From NCBI GenBank assembly GCA_040755995.1, contig JBFMAF010000026.1, positions 130,360-194,359 of the forward strand: DNA of 64,000 nucleotides. Reading direction: 5' to 3'. The position numbers and the translations under genes are program-made. Within the stretch, counting starts at the first letter, position 1. Every line of letters starts with the position of its first letter. The stretch is from Acidobacteriota bacterium. Lineage in GTDB: Bacteria; Acidobacteriota; CAIWXX01. Shown here in pieces: positions 46,969-54,665 of this stretch. The notes beneath the pieces were generated by a model. The model saw only the letters and a list, made by a program, of their open reading frames with translations. It did not search any database and was not told the DNA's origin.

Positions 46969-47879
46969 GCGGGCTGGCGAGAGCGATCGGCCTGGGAATC
47001 CTGAACGCCGGGCTGGTGCTGCTCCTGGCGCCGCTCTACGAAGGAATCATGCGGAAGCTCAGGGCCGCAATCCACTCACGGATCGGGCCGCCCGTGATAC
47101 AGCCGTACCTCGACATCCTTAAGCTCCTTGGCAAGGAAGACCTGAGGACGGCCGGAGGGATAGTGTACGGTGCCGCGCCTGCCCTCACGCTTGCATCGAC
47201 TCTTGTTCTGGCGATGCTGGTCCCGATCGGAGCAGCTGCGCCACTGTATTTCGCGGGTGACATCGTTGTCGTTCTCTACGTGGCTGCGATGAGTGCAGTG
47301 CTGGTGATGATCACTGGTTTTGCGAGCGCCAGTCCTTATGCATCTATCGGAAGCTCCCGCGAGATGATGATGCTGTTTGCCGTCGAGCCGGTGCTGGCGG
47401 TGGCCCTCATCACTGGCGCGTACAAGGCCGGGTCGCTGGCCACCAGCGGGATCATGGACTGGCAGCTGCAGCACGGGCCGTCGATCAGCATGGCCGTGGC
47501 GGCCGTGGCGCTCTTCCTCGCGCTCCAGGCGCAGGCGGGCAAGCTCCCGTTCGACATCCCCGAGGCAGACCAGGAGATCATGGGCGGGACGTTGATCGAG
47601 CAGTCCGGGCCGCGACTCGCGCTCATCCGGTGGGCCATGTGGTCGAAGCAGCTCGCATTGGCGTTCTTGCTGGTGGATGTCTTCATACCGTGGCCGCACG
47701 CGGGTGTTTTCGCGGTCGACTTGATCATTGCGATGCTCAAGGTGCTCGTTGTTCTGATCCTGGTGGCGCTCGTCGATGTGGTCAACCCGCGGCTCCGGAT
47801 AGACCAGGCAATGGGCTTCTTCATGCGCGTGGCGTTCTCCTCTCTGGCGGCGCTTGCGTTCGCCGTCATCGGGATGTGA
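46965..47879 (+). CDS. hycD: NuoH-like membrane subunit (HycD/HyfC)
   Basis: RIGPP..QPY.D..KL..KE, PFDIPEADQEI..G...EQSG. Confidence 0.88.
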   Translation: MSGLARAIGLGILNAGLVLLLAPLYEGIMRKLRAAIHSRIGPPVIQPYLDILKLLGKEDLRTAGGIVYGAAPALTLASTLVLAMLVPIGAAAPLYFAGDIVVVLYVAAMSAVLVMITGFASASPYASIGSSREMMMLFAVEPVLAVALITGAYKAGSLATSGIMDWQLQHGPSISMAVAAVALFLALQAQAGKLPFDIPEADQEIMGGTLIEQSGPRLALIRWAMWSKQLALAFLLVDVFIPWPHAGVFAVDLIIAMLKVLVVLILVALVDVVNPRLRIDQAMGFFMRVAFSSLAALAFAVIGM

Positions 47880-47931
47880 GAGAGATGGAACTGATCGGCA
47901 CCGAACCGGGCACATCTCGCGAGGAGAGGCG

Positions 47932-48444
47932 ATGTTCCTGAGCAAGCTGCGGGAAGCGGTGATCTGCCTCAAGGCGGGACGGGTGACACTGCCGTACCCA
48001 TTCGCTCCGCAGGAGCCGCCGGCGGGATTCCGTGGCAAGATCACCTTGGATGCGGATCTGTGTTTCGGCTGTGGAGGTTGCGCGAACGTCTGCCCCGCCC
48101 GCGTCATCCGAGTGACCGACCAGAACCAACACGTCCGGCTGATTGAATTCTTCTGGAATCGCTGCACGTACTGCGGGCGATGCGAGGAGGTCTGCCCGGA
48201 GAAGGCGATCCGGCTGAGCCCGCAATTCGAGACGGCTACCAACCTGCAGAGCGACCTGTACATGAGAGTGGAGGTATTCATGGGACCGTGCCAGCGCTGC
48301 GGCAGATGCTTCCCCGCTCCAACCCCGCTCGACCGCTTGATGACGCCCGGATTCCAACCTCCACTCTCCACTCTCAACTCTTCACTGGAGGCGCGGCCGG
48401 AGCAGCCTTGCGTCCTTCAACCGTCGGAGGCCGCGCCTCGCTGA
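47932..48444 (+). CDS. hycF: NuoI-like 2x[4Fe-4S] subunit (HycF/HyfH)
   Basis: TLPYP..GFRG, CFGCGGCANVCP, CTYCGRCEEVCP, extra CQRCGRC. Confidence 0.88.
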   Translation: MFLSKLREAVICLKAGRVTLPYPFAPQEPPAGFRGKITLDADLCFGCGGCANVCPARVIRVTDQNQHVRLIEFFWNRCTYCGRCEEVCPEKAIRLSPQFETATNLQSDLYMRVEVFMGPCQRCGRCFPAPTPLDRLMTPGFQPPLSTLNSSLEARPEQPCVLQPSEAAPR

Positions 48445-48451
48445 GGGAACG

Positions 48452-49114
48452 ATGCTGCACACCGGATGGGTCGAAACGCTGAGCCTGGTCATTGTGATCA
48501 CGTCGGTTGCGTCAGTGGAGACGCGGCGGTTGAGGCTCAGCGCCGTAGCTTACTCCATGCAGGCGTTGCTCATCGTGCTGCTTCTCGTGAGCTTCGCGTC
48601 CATGAACCCGGCGTTGTACTGGTGGGCGGGCACCGCGCTGCTGACCAAGGCGATCTTGACCCCCTGGTTCCTGTTCCGATCGATCAAGAGGTCGGAGGAC
48701 CGGGAGATCGAGCCGCTCATCGGGTTGGCGCCGTCGGTCGTCATCGCCGGACTCTTGATGATCGGGTTCTTCCGCTTGACGCACACGTACGTGGCCTTCC
48801 TGGCGCCGACGGAGGTGGCAAGGCAGGAGGTGTTCCGCACCAACCTGGCCGTAGCATCCACCGTATTCGCGCTGGGGCTCTATGCCGTCCTCACGCGCCG
48901 CGATGCGATCAAGACGGTCATCGGGCTGTGCCTGCTTGAGAACGGGGTGCACTTGGGTCTTGTGAGCCTCGCCCCTGAGCTGTCGGAGACAGCGCTCTTT
49001 GGGGTCGCCACCGAAGTCGTCGTCACAGTGTTCCTGCTCCTCTACCTGATTTCCGGCGTGCGCCAGGAATTCGGTTCGACCGACACGTTCAAACTCAAGG
49101 AACTGAGATGGTAG
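48452..49114 (+). CDS. hyfE: HyfE-like membrane subunit
   Basis: Hydrophobic, about 220 aa; IGLCLLENGVHL motif; position in the hyf-like cluster. Confidence 0.8.
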   Translation: MLHTGWVETLSLVIVITSVASVETRRLRLSAVAYSMQALLIVLLLVSFASMNPALYWWAGTALLTKAILTPWFLFRSIKRSEDREIEPLIGLAPSVVIAGLLMIGFFRLTHTYVAFLAPTEVARQEVFRTNLAVASTVFALGLYAVLTRRDAIKTVIGLCLLENGVHLGLVSLAPELSETALFGVATEVVVTVFLLLYLISGVRQEFGSTDTFKLKELRW

Positions 49115-49145
49115 CAGTTGTCAGTCGTCGGTTGTCGGTTGGCGG
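49114..49145. repeat. Heptamer array (CRGTTGT-like)
   Basis: cagttgt cagtcgt cggttgt cggttgg. Confidence 0.7.
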
Positions 49146-49175
49146 ACACGGCAGCCTCTCAGGGGAGACGACGTG

Positions 49176-50696
49176 ATGAATCAGCCGGCGGTGACATTGG
49201 TGTCGATCGTGCCCGCGCTCTCATTCCTTGTCCCAGTGGCCGCGGGAGCGGTTGTTTTTCTGTTGAGGAGAACGGGCCGATCGTCGTGGCAGTATATCTC
49301 GGTCATCACGTCCGCCGTGGTCGCCGGATGCGGCTTGTGCATGGTCGTGCGCGTCCTGGACGGAGCCGTTCTCACGACGTGGCGTAACGAGCTTCGCGTG
49401 GACGCGCTGAGCGCTCTCCTGGTCGCGCTCATCGGCGGGATAGGCTTTCTGTCGTCGTTGTACTCCGTGCCCTATCTCAGGCAGCCCGACCTGCTGGCAC
49501 GCCTTGGGCAGGAAGCGGCCGATCGTCGCGTGCGTACCTTCTACGGGCTGCTCTTGTGGTTCCTTGCCACCATGGTCTGGGGCTGTGTCACCAATAACCT
49601 GGTCATGCTGTACGTGGCTGTGGAGGCGACCACGCTCACGTCCGGGTTCCTCGTGGCATTCTACTGGGATCGCAGGGCACTGGAGGCGGGATACAAGTAC
49701 CTCATGCTGCTCACGATCGGCATCACCTTCGCGCTTTTCGGCTGTGTGCTGATCTACGCGGCCGCCGCCGCTACAGGGAAGTTGGCAGGTGTGAGCTCAC
49801 TGCTGATCAGCGAGGTGCGTCCCGTGGTTCACCTGATCCCGCCCGGCACCGCCGCAATTGCCGTTGCGTTTCTCGTGATAGGGTTCGGCACCAAGGCCGG
49901 GATCGCTCCGTTTCACCCCTGGCTGCCCGATGCGCACGCCGAGGCCCCCACTCCGATGAGCGTTCTTCTGTCAGGCGTCATGATCAAGATGGCGCTCTAC
50001 GCCATGGCACGGACCGTGAGCATCTTCTACCCAAGCTGCTCGCATGTCACCGTGTTTCTCGTGGCGCTGGGGGTCTTCACCATGGCGCTCGGTATCGTCA
50101 TGGCCCTCACGCAGGACGATCTGAAGCGGTTGCTGGCGTATTCGTCCGTGAGCCAGATGGGCTACGTGCTGGCCGGCGTCGCCCTCGGCACGTCGCTTGG
50201 ATGCTACGGCGGGCTCTTCCAGCTGCTCAATCACGCGATCTACAAGGCGCTCTTGTTCATGTGCGTCGGCGCGGTGATCTACGCCACGGGCGGACGCAGG
50301 CTGAGCGAGCTCGGCGGGCTCGCCCGTAGCATGCCGCTCACCGGGGTGTGTTTCTTCGTCGGCGCACTGGCCATCGCGGGATTCCCGCCGCTGAACGGCT
50401 TCTGGAGCAAGCTCACGATCTACCTGGCGCTCGCCGAAGCGGGGCTGTGGTGGGCCGCCGCGATCGCGATTCTCGTGAGCCTGCTCACGGCGGCTGTGAT
50501 GATCCGCGCGGGCTGCGCCGCATTCTGGCTTCCGGCTCCGGAGACCGCTGCCACACCGAAGCGCGAGGTCCCGGCCAGCATGTGGGTGCCGATGGCGATT
50601 CTGGCGATCGGCTGCGCGGTGCTGGGCGTCTATCCTCAGTGCGTCTTTCCACTGCTCCAGCAGGCCGCGAGCGTCGTGGCGACGGTGGGGAGGTGA
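49176..50696 (+). CDS. hyfF: Antiporter-like membrane subunit (HyfF-like)
   Basis: VEATTL..LV, LEAGYKYL, GFGTKAGIAPFHPWLPDAHAEAPTP, DLKRLLAYSS. Confidence 0.8.
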   Translation: MNQPAVTLVSIVPALSFLVPVAAGAVVFLLRRTGRSSWQYISVITSAVVAGCGLCMVVRVLDGAVLTTWRNELRVDALSALLVALIGGIGFLSSLYSVPYLRQPDLLARLGQEAADRRVRTFYGLLLWFLATMVWGCVTNNLVMLYVAVEATTLTSGFLVAFYWDRRALEAGYKYLMLLTIGITFALFGCVLIYAAAAATGKLAGVSSLLISEVRPVVHLIPPGTAAIAVAFLVIGFGTKAGIAPFHPWLPDAHAEAPTPMSVLLSGVMIKMALYAMARTVSIFYPSCSHVTVFLVALGVFTMALGIVMALTQDDLKRLLAYSSVSQMGYVLAGVALGTSLGCYGGLFQLLNHAIYKALLFMCVGAVIYATGGRRLSELGGLARSMPLTGVCFFVGALAIAGFPPLNGFWSKLTIYLALAEAGLWWAAAIAILVSLLTAAVMIRAGCAAFWLPAPETAATPKREVPASMWVPMAILAIGCAVLGVYPQCVFPLLQQAASVVATVGR

Positions 50697-50703
50697 GACG
50701 GAC

Positions 50704-51210
50704 ATGCTGAAGGAACTCTGCCGCATTGCATTTCCCAGAGCCATCTGGGTTTACCACGCCAACACGGGCGCCTGCAACGGCTGTGATATCGAGGTCATCA
50801 ACGTGCTGACGCCGTACTATGACGCGGAGCGATTCGGCATCCGGCTGGTCGGCTCGCCGCGTCATGCCGACGCACTGCTCGTTTGCGGCCCGGTGACGCG
50901 CCAGGTCGCGCCGGCATTGCGGCGCCTGGTCGATGCAGTGCCGAATCCAAAGCTCACCTTCGCCATAGGTTCGTGCGCGTGCGGCGGCGGCACGTGGTTC
51001 GACACATACAATGTGCTGGGCGGGGCCGACAAAGTCGTCCCCGTCGACTTCTATGTTCCAGGTTGCCCGCCACGCCCCGAAGCGATACTCTATGGAGTAG
51101 CCGTGGCGCTTGGGCTTGTGCCCAAGAAGGTGGCCGAGGAGATTCTGGGGCAGGAGACGCTGGCGGAGCTGGCTGAAGGAAAACCGCGTCTCGCCGGGAG
51201 GCTGTCGTGA
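50704..51210 (+). CDS. hycG: Group 4 hydrogenase small subunit (HycG/HyfI, NuoB-like)
   Basis: GACNGCDIE, SPRHAD, GSCACGGG, VPGCPPRP. Confidence 0.92.
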   Translation: MLKELCRIAFPRAIWVYHANTGACNGCDIEVINVLTPYYDAERFGIRLVGSPRHADALLVCGPVTRQVAPALRRLVDAVPNPKLTFAIGSCACGGGTWFDTYNVLGGADKVVPVDFYVPGCPPRPEAILYGVAVALGLVPKKVAEEILGQETLAELAEGKPRLAGRLS

Positions 51211-51635
51211 GCACTGGAGCCAAGATCCTGGTGATCGATGATGATCGTGACCTGGTGGAAACCCTTCGAGTCCTGCTGGCGGCCAAGGGCTACAACGTCG
51301 TCAGCGCCTACGATGCCACGAGCGGCCTGGAAAAGACGAGGTCAGAGAGACCCGATTTGATCCTCCTGGATGTGATGATGCCCAACGCCACCGAGGGATT
51401 CCATCTCGTATGGAAGCTGCGACAGGACCCGGATGAATCGTTGCGGAACACCGCAATCATCGTCATCAGCGCGATACACGAGAAGACGGACCTCAGGTTC
51501 TACCCCGACGGCGGCGACGGAACGTACCAGGCCGGCGAGTTCCTGCCGGTGCAGGACTTCGTAGACAAGCCCATCGATCCGGCGAAGCTGCTGGAAAGGA
51601 TCGAGCGCGTGCTGACAGCGTGGAGGAAGAAGTAG
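51207..51635 (+). CDS. Single-domain response regulator
   Basis: VIDDD, LDVMMP, ISA, DKP. Confidence 0.9.
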   Translation: MSTGAKILVIDDDRDLVETLRVLLAAKGYNVVSAYDATSGLEKTRSERPDLILLDVMMPNATEGFHLVWKLRQDPDESLRNTAIIVISAIHEKTDLRFYPDGGDGTYQAGEFLPVQDFVDKPIDPAKLLERIERVLTAWRKK

Positions 51636-51639
51636 CGGG

Positions 51640-51796
51640 CAGTTGACAGTTGTCGGTTGACAGCGGTCGGTTGTCGGCGTAAAGATGCCTGCATGCGGGC
51701 CGGACGCCCAGTTCGGCCGCTCGGCAGCTGTGCATCGGATGGGACTCCGGAGATTCGTGCGTGGAACTGACAACTGACAACCGACAACCGACAACC
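51640..51796. repeat. Inverted-heptamer element, copy 1 (MITE/REP-like)
   Basis: (CRGTTGW)n left arm, core CGGATGGGACTCCGGAGATTCGT, (ACAACYG)n right arm; second copy at 54436-54546. Confidence 0.8.
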
Positions 51797-51799
51797 GGC

Positions 51800-53296
51800 A
51801 TGGGGACTCTGCCGGCTGCTGCGGAGCTGATCGAACGGATCGGCTGGATCATCAGGCTGCGCTGGTTGGCGGCGGCCGGCGTGGCCCTCACCATCGAGCT
51901 GGCCAGGCGCATCTTCCCGGTGCAACTTCCCTTAGCGCAGATATACGCGCTGATCGCGTGCCTGGCGCTCTACAACGCGGCCCTCTGCCTCGTCGCCCGG
52001 CGACTCCGCCGGAAACAAGCGGGCCGCATCCTGCATCACGCTATCGGCATGGTGCGCATACTGATGCCTCGCGCGCTCTGGGGCCTGGAACATGAGGCGG
52101 AAGCTTCGCAGGCGGCCGTTTTCGCGAATGCCCAGATATCCCTCGACCTGGTAGCGCTAGCCGTGCTGTTGCATTTCTCCGGCGGCATCGAGAACCCGTT
52201 TATCTACTTCTTTGTTTTCCACGTGATCATCGCCGGGATCCTCCTGTCTAGGCGCGCCACCTATTTCCAGGCAACCCTCGGCCTCGCGTGCATCAGTCTC
52301 GTTGCGCTGGCCGAGTGCTTCGGGTTCCTCGCGCACTATCCGCTCAACGGGATCTGGCGCACCGACGCCTACGGCGACCCGGTGCTTGTCATCGCTCAGC
52401 TCCTCGTCCTGGGAACAACCCTCTACGTGTCCGTCTATATGGCGGGCAATATCGCTGCTCACATGCGGAACCGCGAGCGGGAGGTGTTCGTACTGAGCAA
52501 GGAAGTGAGTCAGAAGACGGCGATGCTCGAGCATGCCTACGAGAAACTGGCTGCGATCGAGAAGGCCAAGTCGCAATACATGCGGAAGGTGTCGCACGAG
52601 TTGCGCGGGCCCCTTGGCACGATCCAGACGTCCCTGATGGTCGTCCTCCAGAACCTCGCCGGCGAGATCCCGCGGCAATCTCAGGATCTGCTGCAGCGGG
52701 CGCAGCGAAAAGCCGGCGATCTCGCACAGATGACGTCCGACCTGCTCGCCCTGTCGCGCGCCAGGGAGGTGGCACTCGCGGTAGAGATGGAGCCTGTGCG
52801 GCTCGGCGAGCTCGTTGCCGGCATCGTCGAGGAGATGCGGCCCGCGGCCGATCAGGGCGGGGTTCAGTTGAGCGCAGAGATCGCGCCCGATCTGACAGTC
52901 ACCCTGGCAGACAAGGCGTCGTTGCGCCAGATGGTGGATAATCTCCTTGGCAACGCCGTCCGCTACACGCCGCGCGGGGGCCGCGTGACACTCCGGCTGG
53001 ATTCCTCCGGCGGTCTCCTGCGCCTCGGCGTCGAAGACACCGGCATCGGGATACCTCGCGATGACCTGCCACGGGTTTTCGACGATTTCTTCCGCTCGTC
53101 CAACGCGCGCGAGCACACACAGGCCGGCACCGGACTCGGCCTCGCGATCGTCAAGGCGGTGGCCGAGCAGCACGGCGGCACGGTCTCCGTCGAGAGCGAA
53201 CTCGGGCAGGGGACTCGCTTCACGGTAGAGTGGCCGCTCAAGCGCGGCAGCGGCCGAGAGGAGAGCGGCGAGGGGGCACGTTCACAAGATGCCTGA
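51800..53296 (+). CDS. Multi-TM sensor histidine kinase
   Basis: WIIRLRW, HFSGGIENPF TM region; VSHELRGPL; NLLGNAVRY; DTGIGI; GTGLGL. Confidence 0.92.
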   Translation: MGTLPAAAELIERIGWIIRLRWLAAAGVALTIELARRIFPVQLPLAQIYALIACLALYNAALCLVARRLRRKQAGRILHHAIGMVRILMPRALWGLEHEAEASQAAVFANAQISLDLVALAVLLHFSGGIENPFIYFFVFHVIIAGILLSRRATYFQATLGLACISLVALAECFGFLAHYPLNGIWRTDAYGDPVLVIAQLLVLGTTLYVSVYMAGNIAAHMRNREREVFVLSKEVSQKTAMLEHAYEKLAAIEKAKSQYMRKVSHELRGPLGTIQTSLMVVLQNLAGEIPRQSQDLLQRAQRKAGDLAQMTSDLLALSRAREVALAVEMEPVRLGELVAGIVEEMRPAADQGGVQLSAEIAPDLTVTLADKASLRQMVDNLLGNAVRYTPRGGRVTLRLDSSGGLLRLGVEDTGIGIPRDDLPRVFDDFFRSSNAREHTQAGTGLGLAIVKAVAEQHGGTVSVESELGQGTRFTVEWPLKRGSGREESGEGARSQDA

Positions 53297-54449
53297 AACG
53301 GTCTCGATGGTCATCGCGCGATGTCTGGTGGAAGCCGGATGCCGCGTGGTCACGTACGTGCCGGGTTCAGGAGCGACACAGGTGTTCGATGCCTACTGCG
53401 CGCTGACGCACGCGGATCTACCGATCTCGTACCACGAGGAAGTCGCCTACACGGTGGCTCACGGCGCAGGGCTGTTCGGCTCCAGGGCCGCCGCGCTCAT
53501 GAAGGCGCACGGCTTCGCCAAGGCTGCGAACAGCATCATTGACTCCCTGGCCGCAGGCACTACAGCCGCTGTCGTCGCCCTGGTATTCGACGACAAGCGC
53601 GGGCGTCACTCGGATTCGATCCTCGACGCGCCAGCCCTCGTAAAGGGCACGGGGATCCCTTTCCGCGTGGCACTCCTGCACGATATCGCCGGCGAGTTGT
53701 CCGACGCATTCGCCCAGTCGGAGAAGCTCGGGCTGCCCGTAGCCCTGGTGATCGACGCCGACGAACTCGACCATGAGACGACGGCCACGCCGGTCCAGAT
53801 ACCCCCGCCGGCCGGCGTCTATGAACGTGACGTAACCAGGATGGTGTTGTGTCCCATCTTTGCGGAGTACCAGAGCCGTGTGAGGTACGCGAAGCTCTCG
53901 GGTGTGGACTGGCGTCTCCTTGGAAGGCCCGATGTCCCGCTCGTGCCAGAGGGCCTCCCTGAGGCGTACAGGGATATCGCGGCTTCGTATGCAACGCTCT
54001 TCGATGTTTTTAGAGAGATACGCGGCAGTGTCGTCACGGGTGACACCGGGGCCTCGACATTCTTCGCCTTCCCACCATACGACTGCGTCGATGTGCGCAC
54101 ACACATGGGCGGCAGCGTCGCGTTGGCCCTGGGGGCCTACCTCGCTGGATTCAAAGACGCGTGGGCGGTTACAGGCGATTTCTCGTACATCGCAGCCGGC
54201 CATCTGGGTGTTGTGGAAGCACTGAGCCGCGGGATCCCGACGAAGATCCTGATCCTCGACAACCACCACGCCCTGACGACCCGAGGACAACCGATCAGCC
54301 CGGGCGCGCTTGATGCACTGCTCGGCGGCTACACCTCCTACGTCAGGCACATATCCGATCCGGCGAACAGGTCGGAAGTCGAGACTGTTCTCCGCGAAGC
54401 CGCCGGCGCTGACTCAATGCGAATCGTTGTTGCAGCAGTTGGCGGTTGA
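53289..54449 (+). CDS. Compact TPP-dependent enzyme related to indolepyruvate:ferredoxin oxidoreductase alpha (PYR+PP domains only)
   Basis: YVPGSG..HEEVA..G..G.RA..MK; VTGDTG..PP..MGGS; TPP-like motif GDFSY..(x)n..LDN. Confidence 0.7.
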   Translation: MPETVSMVIARCLVEAGCRVVTYVPGSGATQVFDAYCALTHADLPISYHEEVAYTVAHGAGLFGSRAAALMKAHGFAKAANSIIDSLAAGTTAAVVALVFDDKRGRHSDSILDAPALVKGTGIPFRVALLHDIAGELSDAFAQSEKLGLPVALVIDADELDHETTATPVQIPPPAGVYERDVTRMVLCPIFAEYQSRVRYAKLSGVDWRLLGRPDVPLVPEGLPEAYRDIAASYATLFDVFREIRGSVVTGDTGASTFFAFPPYDCVDVRTHMGGSVALALGAYLAGFKDAWAVTGDFSYIAAGHLGVVEALSRGIPTKILILDNHHALTTRGQPISPGALDALLGGYTSYVRHISDPANRSEVETVLREAAGADSMRIVVAAVGG

Positions 54450-54546
54450 CAGTTCTCAGTCGACAGTTGGCAGTTGGCGGCGTAACGGATGGGACTCCGG
54501 AGGTTCGTACCCGGAACTGACAACTGACAACCGACAACTGACAACT
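54436..54546. repeat. Inverted-heptamer element, copy 2
   Basis: cagttggcggttgacagtt..ggcgtaa-cggatgggactccggaggttcgtacccggaactgacaactgacaaccgacaactgacaact. Confidence 0.8.
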
Positions 54547-54665
54547 TCGTTCGTCATGGCTCTTCCCCAGCAGCCCGAAATCCCTTAAGATATCGTGTCT
54601 ACTCGTGCACGCCTCGGGGCATCTACGGGTGCTTCGCGGCCAGGCATACTCTTGGAGGCTGCACC

